Source: an uncultured Methanosarcinaceae archaeon (GTDB lineage: Archaea > Halobacteriota > Methanosarcinia > Methanosarcinales > Methanosarcinaceae). Taken from it: a stretch of 64,000 nt of DNA. Below are positions 35,697 through 45,865 of the stretch, piece by piece. The notes below the pieces were generated by a model. It was given only the letters and a program-made list of their open reading frames with translations. It had not been told where the DNA came from and searched no databases. Location of the stretch: assembly GCA_963721455.1 (NCBI GenBank), contig CAVRJG010000052.1:128001-192000 (forward strand), in the 5' to 3' direction. Numbering within the stretch: the first letter of the stretch is position 1; each line of letters starts with the position of its first letter. The position numbers and the translations under genes were made by a program.

Positions 35697-36557
35697 TCAG
35701 AACCTCATTGCTCTCAGACGCTTTACCCTCTCCTCGGTTACCGGGTGGGTCCTGAAGAGAGACTGAATCGCCCCGCCCTTGAGGGGGTTGACGATAAACA
35801 TATGGGCGCTGCTTTCCTTTGCCTGCACATCTGAGACGCTTGGCTTGTAATGGGAATTCCCATATTCGAGTTTTTCAAGGGCACTGGCAAGAGCCCAGGG
35901 TTTTCTGCAAATGCTGGCTCCTTCTGCATCAGCTGCATATTCTCTTGACCTTGAGATTGCAAGCTGGATCAGAGTTGCAGCAATCGGTGCCACAATGGCC
36001 ATAGCGATAAGGCCTACGATTCCGCCGTTGTCATCGTCCCTGCCGCCAAAGCCGCCAAATATTGCAGCCCACTGCGCCATATTAGCCATCATTGTGACAA
36101 CACCTGCAAGGGTTGCAGCTATTGCACTTATCAGGGTGTCCCTGTTCTTTACATGTGCCAGCTCGTGTGCCAGCACGCCTTCCAGCTCTTCATAAGAGAG
36201 CAACTCAAGAATTCCGGTCGTAGCAGCCACAGCCGCATGTTTTGGGTCTCTGCCGGTTGCAAAGGCATTTGGCATTCCAGACTCAACGATGTACACTTTG
36301 GGTTTTGGTAGTCCTGATTTCATAACCAGTCCATCCACGATCCTGTGCAGGTTCGGGGCTTCCGCAGGGGAAACTTCCTTTGCTTTGTACATCTTGAGGA
36401 CTATCTTGTCGCTGTACCAGTAGCTTCCGAAATTGAGGATTACTGCAAACGCGAATGCAATGATCATTCCGCCTCTACCACCGAAGTAATCTCCTATCAG
36501 AACCAGGAGACCTGTAAGGGCAGCAAGCAAAATTGTAGTTTTAAACATGTTCTTCAT
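35697..36557 (-). CDS. htpX: Zinc metalloprotease HtpX
   Basis: [21 protein letters not shown] and THP. Confidence 0.93.
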   Translation of the reverse strand: MKNMFKTTILLAALTGLLVLIGDYFGGRGGMIIAFAFAVILNFGSYWYSDKIVLKMYKAKEVSPAEAPNLHRIVDGLVMKSGLPKPKVYIVESGMPNAFATGRDPKHAAVAATTGILELLSYEELEGVLAHELAHVKNRDTLISAIAATLAGVVTMMANMAQWAAIFGGFGGRDDDNGGIVGLIAMAIVAPIAATLIQLAISRSREYAADAEGASICRKPWALASALEKLEYGNSHYKPSVSDVQAKESSAHMFIVNPLKGGAIQSLFRTHPVTEERVKRLRAMRF

Positions 36558-37037
36558 GACTTCTCACACGACGTCCTCCCAGGCTAATGTCTGGGTTTTC
36601 GGTCTTTGATTTCTATGCTCTGAACTTTTTTGTTAAGTTGGATCAAGTAAAATCAGCAGTATATATTCTGACTACAGGTATATATTTTTTTATCCTGCAT
36701 CAGGTAAGTTGATACAATTGTGTTATTCTGGTTTCCTTATTTATCTATAATTAATTTGGAATTCTATGAAATGGAAAAATTGTTCTCAAAATGGGGAAAT
36801 TCAGATTTTATATAACATATTTTATCCTTCCCTCCAGAAATGCCCCGATGTTTTAAACTTATAATACCCAGTAATATTTCTGTTCTGGTATATTTATATT
36901 TGGTCTATTTTGAGTAGTGATTTTGATTTGAAATCAAACTAATTATTAAACCCCGTATATATGTATTTATTGAAAGATATTTTTTATGGGGTTGATTTCT
37001 TCAGTAAATGGAGACGGAGGACCAATCCATCAAATGT

Positions 37038-37946
37038 TCATATCACTCCGTCTTCAAAATAATCCGTATCCATCTTTTTAACGTCGTAAGACTTTACTTT
37101 CGAAACTCCTACGTCATATTCAATCATTAGCCTTGCAAGCGTTTCCCCATCAACCAAAACAATGTTCCCCGTAAGATCGGCATATTCAATAGCTTCTTTT
37201 GAAAAACTCGAGGTCGTTATGAAAACTCCCTTCTTCGCCTTCTTTCCTATCAGGGCTCCGGCAAATTTCTGGATCTCAGGTCTTGCGACTGTACCTTCCC
37301 AGCGTTTTGCTTGGATATAAATGACATCAAGCCCAAGCCTGTCTTCCTTTATGATTCCATCGATCCCACCATCGTGGCTTTTGCCGACTGCTCTTCCTGC
37401 ATCTGTTCTTGATCCTCCATATCCCATTTTTGTCAGGATATCGATTACCGTGGACTCAAAAAAAGTTGGAGAACATTTTTTTACTGCTGAAAGTATTTCT
37501 AAAACGAGCTCATTGTGAAGTTGCTGGTAAGAGAGTTCAAGGTTTTCTCTTGGATCTAGCTGTTCGGTTTCGCCTTTATCGAGATCAGTAATTTCAGCTT
37601 GTTTCCCTCGGCGAAACTCGTTAAATTCTTCGTATCGTGTTAAAAAATTAACATCTATTGATACAGGATTTTCTCTCAATACAGCCAGTCCTTTTTGGGT
37701 AATGGAAAAATACCCCTTCTTTCCGGAATTCAATAATCCGGCTTTTTTCAGATAAGTGCTAGCCCATCCGACTCTGTTCTTAAAAACAGCTTGCTGGCCG
37801 CTTGGCAGTAGCTCCTTTCTTTCCTCTTCACTTAGCCTGAATTCTTCAGCTAACTTTTCTACTGCATCGCGGATTCGATGCTCTTTGCCGTCTCCCGCAT
37901 ATTTTAGCAAAGGGAGCATTACGGATTGATAATCGGGAATTACCAT
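37038..37946 (-). CDS. mrr: Mrr-type (type IV) restriction endonuclease
   Basis: IPDYQSVMLPLL Mrr_N domain and DGGIDG...IYIQAKRW catalytic motif. Confidence 0.92.
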   Translation of the reverse strand: MVIPDYQSVMLPLLKYAGDGKEHRIRDAVEKLAEEFRLSEEERKELLPSGQQAVFKNRVGWASTYLKKAGLLNSGKKGYFSITQKGLAVLRENPVSIDVNFLTRYEEFNEFRRGKQAEITDLDKGETEQLDPRENLELSYQQLHNELVLEILSAVKKCSPTFFESTVIDILTKMGYGGSRTDAGRAVGKSHDGGIDGIIKEDRLGLDVIYIQAKRWEGTVARPEIQKFAGALIGKKAKKGVFITTSSFSKEAIEYADLTGNIVLVDGETLARLMIEYDVGVSKVKSYDVKKMDTDYFEDGVI

Positions 37947-38023
37947 TAGATCACTCGAAATCTGGATTAATTTTGTTCAGAACTTTGAGTGACTCTCTTT
38001 TTATAGTTTATTATTTTGTTATA

Positions 38024-38584
38024 TCATTCCTCGACTTTATACTCCAACCTCACCAGTCCATTTTCGTACCTTTCTACCTTGCCAGTCGTGAGTCTGATCT
38101 CTTTCCCGATGCGGTCAAACAGCGGAATCCCACTCCCGAGAATTATGGGAACCACGAAAATAATAAGATCCTGCACAAGGTTTTCTTCGAGAAACACTTT
38201 AATAAGCTGCGAACCGCCTACGAGCCAGATATCCTCTTCAGTATTCTCCTTTAGATCACGCACAAATTTCCCGATGTCCCCGGAAACGAATTCTACGTTA
38301 TTTTCGCGGCGCAGGGGTTCTTTTTGCCTGGTAAATACGTATGACTTCTTCTCTCCGTAAGGCCAGTCTCCGAATCCAAGAACCTGCTCGTAGGTCTTCC
38401 TACCCATAAGGACTGTGCCGATTGATGCGTAAAACTCGGAATAGCCGTAATCTGTTTCAGGGTTGTTTTCATATTCGGTTAACCAGTTGATGCTGCCGTC
38501 TTCTCGGGCGATAAAACTGTCAAGACTTGTTGCTATGTAGAGTTTTATTATGGGTGTGTTTTCTTTCATTGTCATGCTCCCCAT
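38024..38584 (-). CDS. Dihydrofolate reductase family (RibD C-terminal-like) protein
   Basis: IATSLDSFIA, MGRKTY, IWLVGG and PIILGSGIPLF. Confidence 0.87.
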   Translation of the reverse strand: MGSMTMKENTPIIKLYIATSLDSFIAREDGSINWLTEYENNPETDYGYSEFYASIGTVLMGRKTYEQVLGFGDWPYGEKKSYVFTRQKEPLRRENNVEFVSGDIGKFVRDLKENTEEDIWLVGGSQLIKVFLEENLVQDLIIFVVPIILGSGIPLFDRIGKEIRLTTGKVERYENGLVRLEYKVEE

Positions 38585-39056
38585 TTTAGTGAAATATATG
38601 GTTTTATGTTGATTTCACTTCTTATTTATTGTTTCATTTCAGGCTTTGTATGGTTCAGGCCGTTCGCAAGCGAACGGAAAAAGAAAGGTTTGGTACGGCA
38701 TTCACGCAGCTCATGTGAAGTTTTTGGGCTTGTTTTTCGCCTGCCTTTTACAGAATCCAGTTGGGTTTCCTCACAATATCATATTTTTCTCATAATGGTC
38801 TCCTATAGAGGACCAGAATATCGTGAAATTGGTCTTCTATACAGGACCACTTACCGCAAGCTTACCCAGAAATCATAAGCTTTCTACCTTCCCCTTTCAT
38901 CCACTGCATCAATTTTGAATGCTCAATGAACAGAGTTCCGGTTGAAGTGAGTAAGAAGTTTGAAGGGAAAAAAGGGAGTTAAATGAGAGTTTGGGGGAAA
39001 TCAAAAGGAGCTTAGCAGCAGTTAAATGAGAGTTTAAAAAAAGGGGAGTTCCTCTT

Positions 39057-39968
39057 TCAATAATAATGGATTTTTGCGAGATTTCTTCGAATAGCACGCC
39101 TGTACTTTACTGCAGGGTAACCGAAAATGACTACTATTCCCGGTTGGTTTCGGGGATTGATTCCGTACTTTTCTTTCACTTCTTTTCCTCCATTTTTCAG
39201 CATTGGGCCGATGGTTCCTATCATGCAGCTTCCAAGGTCCAGAGTTTCGGCGGCAAGCATTGCATAGGTGGCTGTGATAAAGGGATCTGCTGGGTCAGCA
39301 TAAGGAGAGGCGTGGAAGTACATGGCAAGGGGGGCTCCGTAGAGCAGGTAATCAGTGTCTTCTGTTCTCATTTCTTCAAAGATTTCGATCGCCGGATACA
39401 TGAATTTGTCCATGACTTCATACTCTTCCTTCTTCATGAAAGGCCGCATCAGGAGAAGTGCGGGTTTTGAAAATATCCATTTCTGGCTTTTCATGTGCTC
39501 TAACATGTCATCGGAAAATTCCCTTACTTTTTCTTTTCCGTTTATAACCAGGACCTCAACATCGGAAGGTGGAATTCCCATGGGTGCCGTGCTTGCTGCT
39601 GCCAGGATCCTGTCTATTTTCTCATGTTCAACTTCCCTGTCCTCGAATTCCCGGATGCTGCGCCTGGCAAGCATGAGAGCCATAAGTTCTTCGTACCCGG
39701 CTCGGTTTTCTTTCGCCGGGATATCCATAAAGGAAGTCTGGGATATATCTCTTCCTTCAACCGTGATGGCTCCTGTGGGGCAAACTGCAACACAGTGCCC
39801 GCAGCCGATGCAGCCGAAATAGCGGGTTTGGTCGACCCTTACTTTATCGTTTTCAAGGTAGAGAGGGGCTCCTTTGCAGACTTTGACACAGAGGCCGCAG
39901 GCCTTACACTTCTCATAATCGATCCTGACGGTTGCGGTTTCAGAGTGTCTGGCTGTGGGGATGGCCAT
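39057..39968 (-). CDS. Nitroreductase with N-terminal 2x[4Fe-4S] ferredoxin domain
   Basis: CKACGLCVKVC and CIGCGHCVAVCP, then RRSIREF and LGSCMIG. Confidence 0.88.
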   Translation of the reverse strand: MAIPTARHSETATVRIDYEKCKACGLCVKVCKGAPLYLENDKVRVDQTRYFGCIGCGHCVAVCPTGAITVEGRDISQTSFMDIPAKENRAGYEELMALMLARRSIREFEDREVEHEKIDRILAAASTAPMGIPPSDVEVLVINGKEKVREFSDDMLEHMKSQKWIFSKPALLLMRPFMKKEEYEVMDKFMYPAIEIFEEMRTEDTDYLLYGAPLAMYFHASPYADPADPFITATYAMLAAETLDLGSCMIGTIGPMLKNGGKEVKEKYGINPRNQPGIVVIFGYPAVKYRRAIRRNLAKIHYY

Positions 39969-40225
39969 ACGTTTTATTCTGAACGACAGTTATAAAAATC
40001 TTTTGTTGAATGTGGGTTGACTAGAACTGAAAATATCTTTCCTGTCAGTTTGAGCATCTCTTTTTAAGGATTTGGGACAGTTGTGATCTGCATACAGTGT
40101 GAAAACTTTTCTAGATTAAATCATTCAATTCAACCAAAATCTATTTATAGTAAAATACGGTAATAGATTTCCGTAGCCACAATATTAAATAAGGGACTAC
40201 AGCAAAAGAAAAGGAGATCCGGAAG

Positions 40226-40360
40226 ATGAAAAAAGCAACCCAGAAGACTTCTCTCAAGCCCGTTTTACATGGGTTTTTGTTGAGCAACGGCAAGTTCCTC
40301 ACTCCCGCGGAAATGGAAATCATGGAAAGCCTCGGGGTTGTGCGGACAACAAAAATTTAA
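40226..40360 (+). CDS. Putative small protein (44 aa)
   Basis: MKKATQKTSLKPVLHGFLLSNGKFLTPAEMEIMESLGVVRTTKI, with an AAGGAG RBS and an upstream TATA-like ATTAAATA. Confidence 0.45.
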   Translation: MKKATQKTSLKPVLHGFLLSNGKFLTPAEMEIMESLGVVRTTKI

Positions 40361-40762
40361 GATTCAAAATTACAGGAAAAGGACACACGGTTAAAAGGTC
40401 AAAAAACGCTTCAAGAAAAATCTGAAAATAACTCCTCAAAAGTCGTCAATCTATTAAATAACCTCCAGAAATCCAACAAAACAACCTCTAATAAAAATCC
40501 AGCAAAAGAACTTCTGATAAAAGTTCAGCAAAACAACCTCCAATATCCAATAAAAAACTGCAAAAAGCCAGAGAAGTTATTTAAATACTGATTCACGCCA
40601 GAAACTATTAAGCTCAAAAATAGTCATGGAAGCCGAATCGATAAATAAAAAAGCAAATTGAATAATTTATTAAAAATTATCCGGTTGACCTGTTAATCTC
40701 TGTGTCCTTTCTGTATTTAAATTCCTTATTTTCTATCTCTTTTTAGCAGACATTTTAGCAAA

Positions 40763-40884
40763 GAGCTTATCCCAAAACTCGAAATTAAGTCCGAATCTAA
40801 ATTCGATGGACAATTGATTTCTGATTATGAGAATGGTTCTAATTTCTTATTGGTATGAAAATAAATTGGTTTTGGGATAAGCTC
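40763..40884. mobile_element. MITE (122 bp) with 16-bp perfect TIRs
   Basis: GAGCTTATCCCAAAAC ... GTTTTGGGATAAGCTC, with no ORF inside. Confidence 0.75.
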
Positions 40885-40918
40885 AAACATAAAATGCAGG
40901 CAAACACTTGCATCGGAA

Positions 40919-41440
40919 TTAATTTCCGTTCTTTCTAAACAAATATGTTCTTTTTCCTTTCTTTTTCAGCCTGAAAAGCCTTTTTCTGGTTACCTTCTCA
41001 ATTATTTCGTCCTCTCTCATATGGTGGTCACTAAAAGACAGGACGCCGTCAGTTTTCAAGACGCGGTGAAGTTCTCTCAAGACAACTTCCGGTTTGTTAA
41101 GGGTATGGTACGTATCATAGAAAAGGACTGCATCAAGGCTTGCGTCGGGAAGACCTGTATCGTAATCGGAAAGGATAGTTTCTATGTTTGTCAGGTGTCT
41201 TATGGATGCCAGGCTCCTGACCATTTCAAGCGCAACCGGATTGATATCAAGGGCATAGACCTTCCCTGAAGGGCCAACCATTTCGGAGGTATCAGGAATA
41301 TAGGACCCCGAGCCGCAGCCATAATCCAGAACCCTGAAACCGGGTTTTATTCCGGCTTCTTCCAGGACCCTTCTGCGGGGAAAAAAGAAATCCCTGAACC
41401 TGAACATAAGCGTGATTGCATGAAATTGAAAGTCAGACAT
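40919..41440 (-). CDS. Class I SAM-dependent methyltransferase
   Basis: VLDYGCGSG, VYALDI and LRELHRVLKTDG. Confidence 0.88.
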   Translation of the reverse strand: MSDFQFHAITLMFRFRDFFFPRRRVLEEAGIKPGFRVLDYGCGSGSYIPDTSEMVGPSGKVYALDINPVALEMVRSLASIRHLTNIETILSDYDTGLPDASLDAVLFYDTYHTLNKPEVVLRELHRVLKTDGVLSFSDHHMREDEIIEKVTRKRLFRLKKKGKRTYLFRKNGN

Positions 41441-41677
41441 CGGCTTTTCCGTGATGATCCCTTCCTTTGCGGTGATTGATAGTCCAGATTTTTCTTTTGC
41501 AGGCAGTTATTTCACTTCAAATCTATTTTGAAATTCACATGTCTTATATTTTGCCTGTAAAAGGCTATCTTATTTTTACCTCAGAAATACTCTGAAACTC
41601 GACCCGGAATTCCTCTCTAAAATATGACTGGAGTAACTTTATGAAGTAGGGCGACTTATACGTCGTGCAAGGAAAGA

Positions 41678-42493
41678 GTGACAACCATGAAAGCCGCCTG
41701 CATCCAGATGAATATCTCCCTTTGCTCAAAGCATGAAAACCTTGAACGTGCCCTCTTCCTGGCAGAAGAAGCGGTTTCAAAAGAAGCTGAGTTACTTGTC
41801 TTTCCGGAAGTTTTCTCAACAGGTTTTTGTTATGACCGCATAAGGGAGGTGGCTGAAACTGCTTCCGGTCCCACTCTCGAAGCTTTATGTGATTTTTCAA
41901 AGGAACATGGGTGTATTCTTGCAGGTTCAATGATCGAACAGAGAGAAAGGGATGCAATAAGTACAGAAAAGCAGGTTCCTTCTCAGTTCAACCTGGGTTT
42001 CTGCATCGAATCCGGAAAGCTAGCCGGTATCCACCGGAAAACCCAGCTTTATGGTTCAGAAAAAGAACACTTTGCACTTGGAGACCGGATCTCCCCTATC
42101 AGGCTGCAAAAATACGGGCTTTCAATCGGGCTCATAGTTTGTAACGAACTCCGGTATCCTGAAGTTGCCCGAAAACTGGCTCTTGAAGGAGCAGATTTGC
42201 TTGTTTCGGCTGCCGACATTCCTGACTTTTATATATATCCCTGGCGCATTATGTCCATTTCCCGAGCGCTTGAAAACCAGCTGCCGCATATCGCCTGCAA
42301 CAGGGTTGGGAAAGACAGGTATTCGACTTATCCGGGCAGCTCTTTTATTGCCGACGGCTGGGGCCGGATTCTGGCAGAAGCCGGAAAGGAAGAATGCGTC
42401 CTGATAGGGGAAATCGATCTTGACGAGGCAAAGGAAATCAGGCAAACTGGCTCAATTCTCGAAGACCGCAGAACTGACCTTTATTTAATCTAG
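41678..42493 (+). CDS. Carbon-nitrogen hydrolase (nitrilase family)
   Basis: E-K-C triad: VFPE, HRKTQL, IVCNELRYPE. Confidence 0.9.
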   Translation: MTTMKAACIQMNISLCSKHENLERALFLAEEAVSKEAELLVFPEVFSTGFCYDRIREVAETASGPTLEALCDFSKEHGCILAGSMIEQRERDAISTEKQVPSQFNLGFCIESGKLAGIHRKTQLYGSEKEHFALGDRISPIRLQKYGLSIGLIVCNELRYPEVARKLALEGADLLVSAADIPDFYIYPWRIMSISRALENQLPHIACNRVGKDRYSTYPGSSFIADGWGRILAEAGKEECVLIGEIDLDEAKEIRQTGSILEDRRTDLYLI

Positions 42494-42690
42494 AGTCTTT
42501 TTAATTTTTTCTGGTTTTTCTTCAATTTCGAAAAAATCATGAAATTTCATCGTAATTTGAGTAAACCAATTGACTCATTTTGGAAAAGTTGATTCATTCC
42601 TGCAAAATTTTATACAATTATTCACTACGTTACTTATTTTTGTGGAAATTTTCATTAGCTACCGCTATAGGAATCCAAGTTTGGATTGAA

Positions 42691-43588
42691 TCCACTTTCC
42701 GCAGGTGCGACAAGAAGCTATACTATGAATCGCGCCATTACGCTACCTCTTCCATTTGAGGTAATCCTATTGTGACATGCATAAATGGTAACGTTTGTGT
42801 GTGGAGCTTCACATGACAATATCAAGAAATCAAGGAGCCTGACTTTGATAATTGGTTAGGATAAGAATACTATGAAGAACGTAAAGTGAACCATCGTAAG
42901 AATCGTGAAGTGGGATAAGCGCAAAGCAGGTTGATGCGCTTAACCAAAAGGTACAGAATCGGGCTATAATGGGTCTGCGGACATTATGGCAAATGGACAA
43001 ATGATTCTCGGTTTATAGATGGCTTCTAAGGTATTCACATTATTTGTAGTATAGAACTTGGTAAGCCCTAAATGCTCCCATAATGGGTATGACTCCCGCG
43101 AGGGATAACGATGGCATTGAGGGTGAGAGGATTCAGTAAAAAGCGAATGCCAATCTGTAATGGATTGGACAGAGGTTCAAACTTTGCCTCAATCCGAAAG
43201 GATGCAGACTTACTGATGGTGTTTTTTTTTGTGTGAATGGAAACAAACCTACAAATGTAAGATACTCAACGACACCAATAGGTGAGAGGCTTACAGACAA
43301 TTATGTTAGTGGGCTGTTATCCGGAATCACAAAATCAGTTATGCAAATAACTGGTGCCTGATACAGAAAGGGTTTGAAAACACTCGAGCCGTATGAAGGG
43401 AAACTTTCAAGTACGGTTCCTAGGGGAGAAAGGAGGAGTAATCCTCCCTACTTACCCGACATGTACACAAGAATGCCACCGATTTTCCCTATCTGGCAGT
43501 CGTTCAAAAATTAACTCCTCATTTGATAAGTTATTTTGGACAAGTCGGCAAATTAATTCTACATCTGTGTACATCTGCGGAATGTCGG
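42691..43588. mobile_element. IS1634-related MITE (about 142 bp when empty) interrupted in its left TIR by a group II intron
   Basis: Joining the intron flanks gives TTCCGCAG|ATGTACACA, the exact inverted repeat of TGTGTACATCTGCGGAA (43566-43582). The right end matches the IS1634 right end at 47770-47792 at 21/23 nt. Confidence 0.8.
42705..43460 (+). ncRNA. ORF-less group II intron (IIB-like)
   Basis: 5' end GTGCGA. Domain V GAGCCGTATGAAGGGAAACTTTCAAGTACGGTTC with AGC triad. Domain VI ends ...CTTACCCGAC. The EBS1 loop CTGCGGA pairs with exon TCCGCAG. No RT ORF. Confidence 0.92.
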
Positions 43589-43715
43589 TTTTACACTGTA
43601 CTTATCTATTTTCACAAACAGACTCATCGATTTAATTCCAAAATAATTATATGTTGCCTAGGTTATTTCGTAACCGGTCCTAAGTAAATTGAAATTGCCT
43701 CATCATCAAAAATAA

Positions 43716-44495
43716 TTAATTTTTCAATTTTACATATACTGAAGTATCTTCGATCTTTGTTTCCAGAATCTCGTTGCATTCATTTTTTATAAGGTTCATC
43801 AATTTTTTATGACCATAGGTGCGGGGATCAAAGGAGGACTTTATTTTCTGAAGGTTCTGGTTTAGTAAGGAAAGGTGAATCCAACTGTCTGCAGTATCTG
43901 CCATTTCATAGGCTGTTCTGATCAAGGAAAATAGCTCTTCCTTGTCGTTTATTCCCTGTTTTTCAGATGTTTCTATTATCTCATTCTCTTTCTCGTTTTC
44001 TGTAGGGTTCATCAGGTTTTCTACATACACAAAAAGTTCACAAGCATTGCTAAAAGCTTCAGGAGTCTGTTTTTTCCCTATTCCCATGACAAATTTGTTA
44101 TCTTCCCTGAAACGGGTGGCAAGCCGGGTATAGTCACTGTCACTTGAGACGATTGCAATACCGTCTATGTTTCCTTTATGGAGAATGTCCATCGCATCTA
44201 TTATCAGAGAACTGTCCGTTGAGTTCTTCCCAGTGGTATACGCAAATTGCTGTTGAGGTGTGATCGCCTTCTTGTGCAGGTATTGTTTCCAGGAACTCAT
44301 TTGTTGGTTTGTCCAGTCTCCATAAATCCTTTTAACGGTTACGATCCCGTATTTTGAAACTTCTGTTAGAATCGGTTCTAAAGAATCAGGCTGAGCATTG
44401 TCTCCATCAATTAGGACGGCAATTTTCCGTTCAGTTATATGGTAGTAGTTTCCGCGCTCCTCTATCCAGGTTTTAGCACCTACTTCAGAACTCAT
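43716..44495 (-). CDS. NYN domain (LabA/DUF88 PIN-like) protein with C-terminal OST-HTH/LOTUS domain
   Basis: AVLIDGDN, GKNSTD, IVSSDSDY and FDPRTYGHKKL. Confidence 0.88.
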   Translation of the reverse strand: MSSEVGAKTWIEERGNYYHITERKIAVLIDGDNAQPDSLEPILTEVSKYGIVTVKRIYGDWTNQQMSSWKQYLHKKAITPQQQFAYTTGKNSTDSSLIIDAMDILHKGNIDGIAIVSSDSDYTRLATRFREDNKFVMGIGKKQTPEAFSNACELFVYVENLMNPTENEKENEIIETSEKQGINDKEELFSLIRTAYEMADTADSWIHLSLLNQNLQKIKSSFDPRTYGHKKLMNLIKNECNEILETKIEDTSVYVKLKN

Positions 44496-44617
44496 AAATT
44501 AAGTAATATTTCTATCTTTTATTTATACCATATAGTTTTAAAGTCAGACTGTTGGCTGGAGGCGGTTTTTGTCGTTTTATTTGTATCCTCTTCAAATTGA
44601 GTGGAAAGCTTTCAATT

Positions 44618-45865
44618 TCAACTCAATGAGCTTTTTTCTCTAATGAGTTGAGCCAAAGATGGCATCTCAAATGTATTGCTCACTCTATCACATATGTACT
44701 GATATGCACTTATACTCAGTTTCTTTGCAGTCTGAACAATCGTCATAAATGTGTCGTTTGCCTTTGTCCCTTCATCTGTTATGGTTTGAAGGCTCACATC
44801 TCTTTTTCTAACCTTTGCTCTCGCCGCTAGTTCCGCTGCATTGTTATGCAGTGGAACTTCTGGTAAAACCAGTACTTTTAACAGATGTCCCTTGTTCTCT
44901 TTCGTCTTACCTATTCTTTCATCCAACTGTTCATATCCTGTTATAGTCGAAAACAATTGATCAAACTTAATGGATAATTGCTCCGCTACCTCTGAATCTG
45001 GTTTTATTCTAAACTCACAAAGTTCCCCATAAAAGTCCCAGTACCTGTCCAGAAAAGCTTCCAGCTTTTCTTTAAAATAAGGTACTATTGGCCTCAATTT
45101 CTTGTAGTTTCTCCCATCATGAATCCAACAAAGAGCATGATGTGATGCAATCTGCTTGAATTGACGTGCATCATCACTCAGAAGTGTGGTAACCACAGGT
45201 ATGTCTGTACTTTGATGATATGCCGCAATTGCACAGGCTTCAAGAACTTTCTTCTTAGTAGTTTTATACCCTTTGAGTGAGAAAACACAATCCAGTTTTC
45301 GACGCATTTCTTCATCACTGAATATTTTGTTTTTAAAAGAAGAGAGCTTTTCCATCCAGATTTGGGAAACATTAAACGTTTCCATCAGATCAAATGCTTC
45401 ATCATTAAAGCAGTACGTTTTTTCTTTTCCACATAGAAGTATATCTAAAATGGTTTCCCTATTCTTATTGGGAACTGTAAAATAAGCAGCATAATAAGGA
45501 TTACAAAGAATTTGAGTATAGTGATTGACACCATTGACTCTTGCACCTGTATCATCAATCTGCTGATAAGGCGTAGCCTTAAGACCCTCAAGAAAAATCT
45601 CAGCTTTTTCCTGATGGAAGATATCAGTATCTTTTGTCAAAATTCGAGAAATAGTGGCTCTGGATATATGAACACCAATATTTTCCAGAAATTCATGTAT
45701 TTTGGGCTCTGAAACATTAGCAACATGGTTAAGAGTGATTATAAGAGATTTGATTCCAGGGCCAAATTCACCTTTGATACCATGTGGCAATTCTCCTGAA
45801 TATGTTTTATGCTCAGAAGGAGAATAAAATATCTCTATCCTGTAGTTGGTGTTCACAGGCTTTAT
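44618..45865 (-). pseudogene. IS66-like transposase, 5'-truncated by the IS1634 element
   Basis: QIDDTGARVNG, LSDDARQF, HALCWIHDGR and PLHNNAAE. The reading frame begins abruptly at the IS1634 left end. Confidence 0.8.

Noticed and set aside
42671-42688. Hairpin AATCCAA-GT-TTGGATT before the intron suggesting class IIC terminator targeting
   Set aside because: The intron has a full-length domain V and clear EBS1 plus EBS2 pairings, which explain the site without a stem-loop rule.
43393-43635. 80-aa ORF MKGNFQVRFLGEKGG
   Set aside because: It is a translation of intron domains V-VI and MITE sequence, not a gene.
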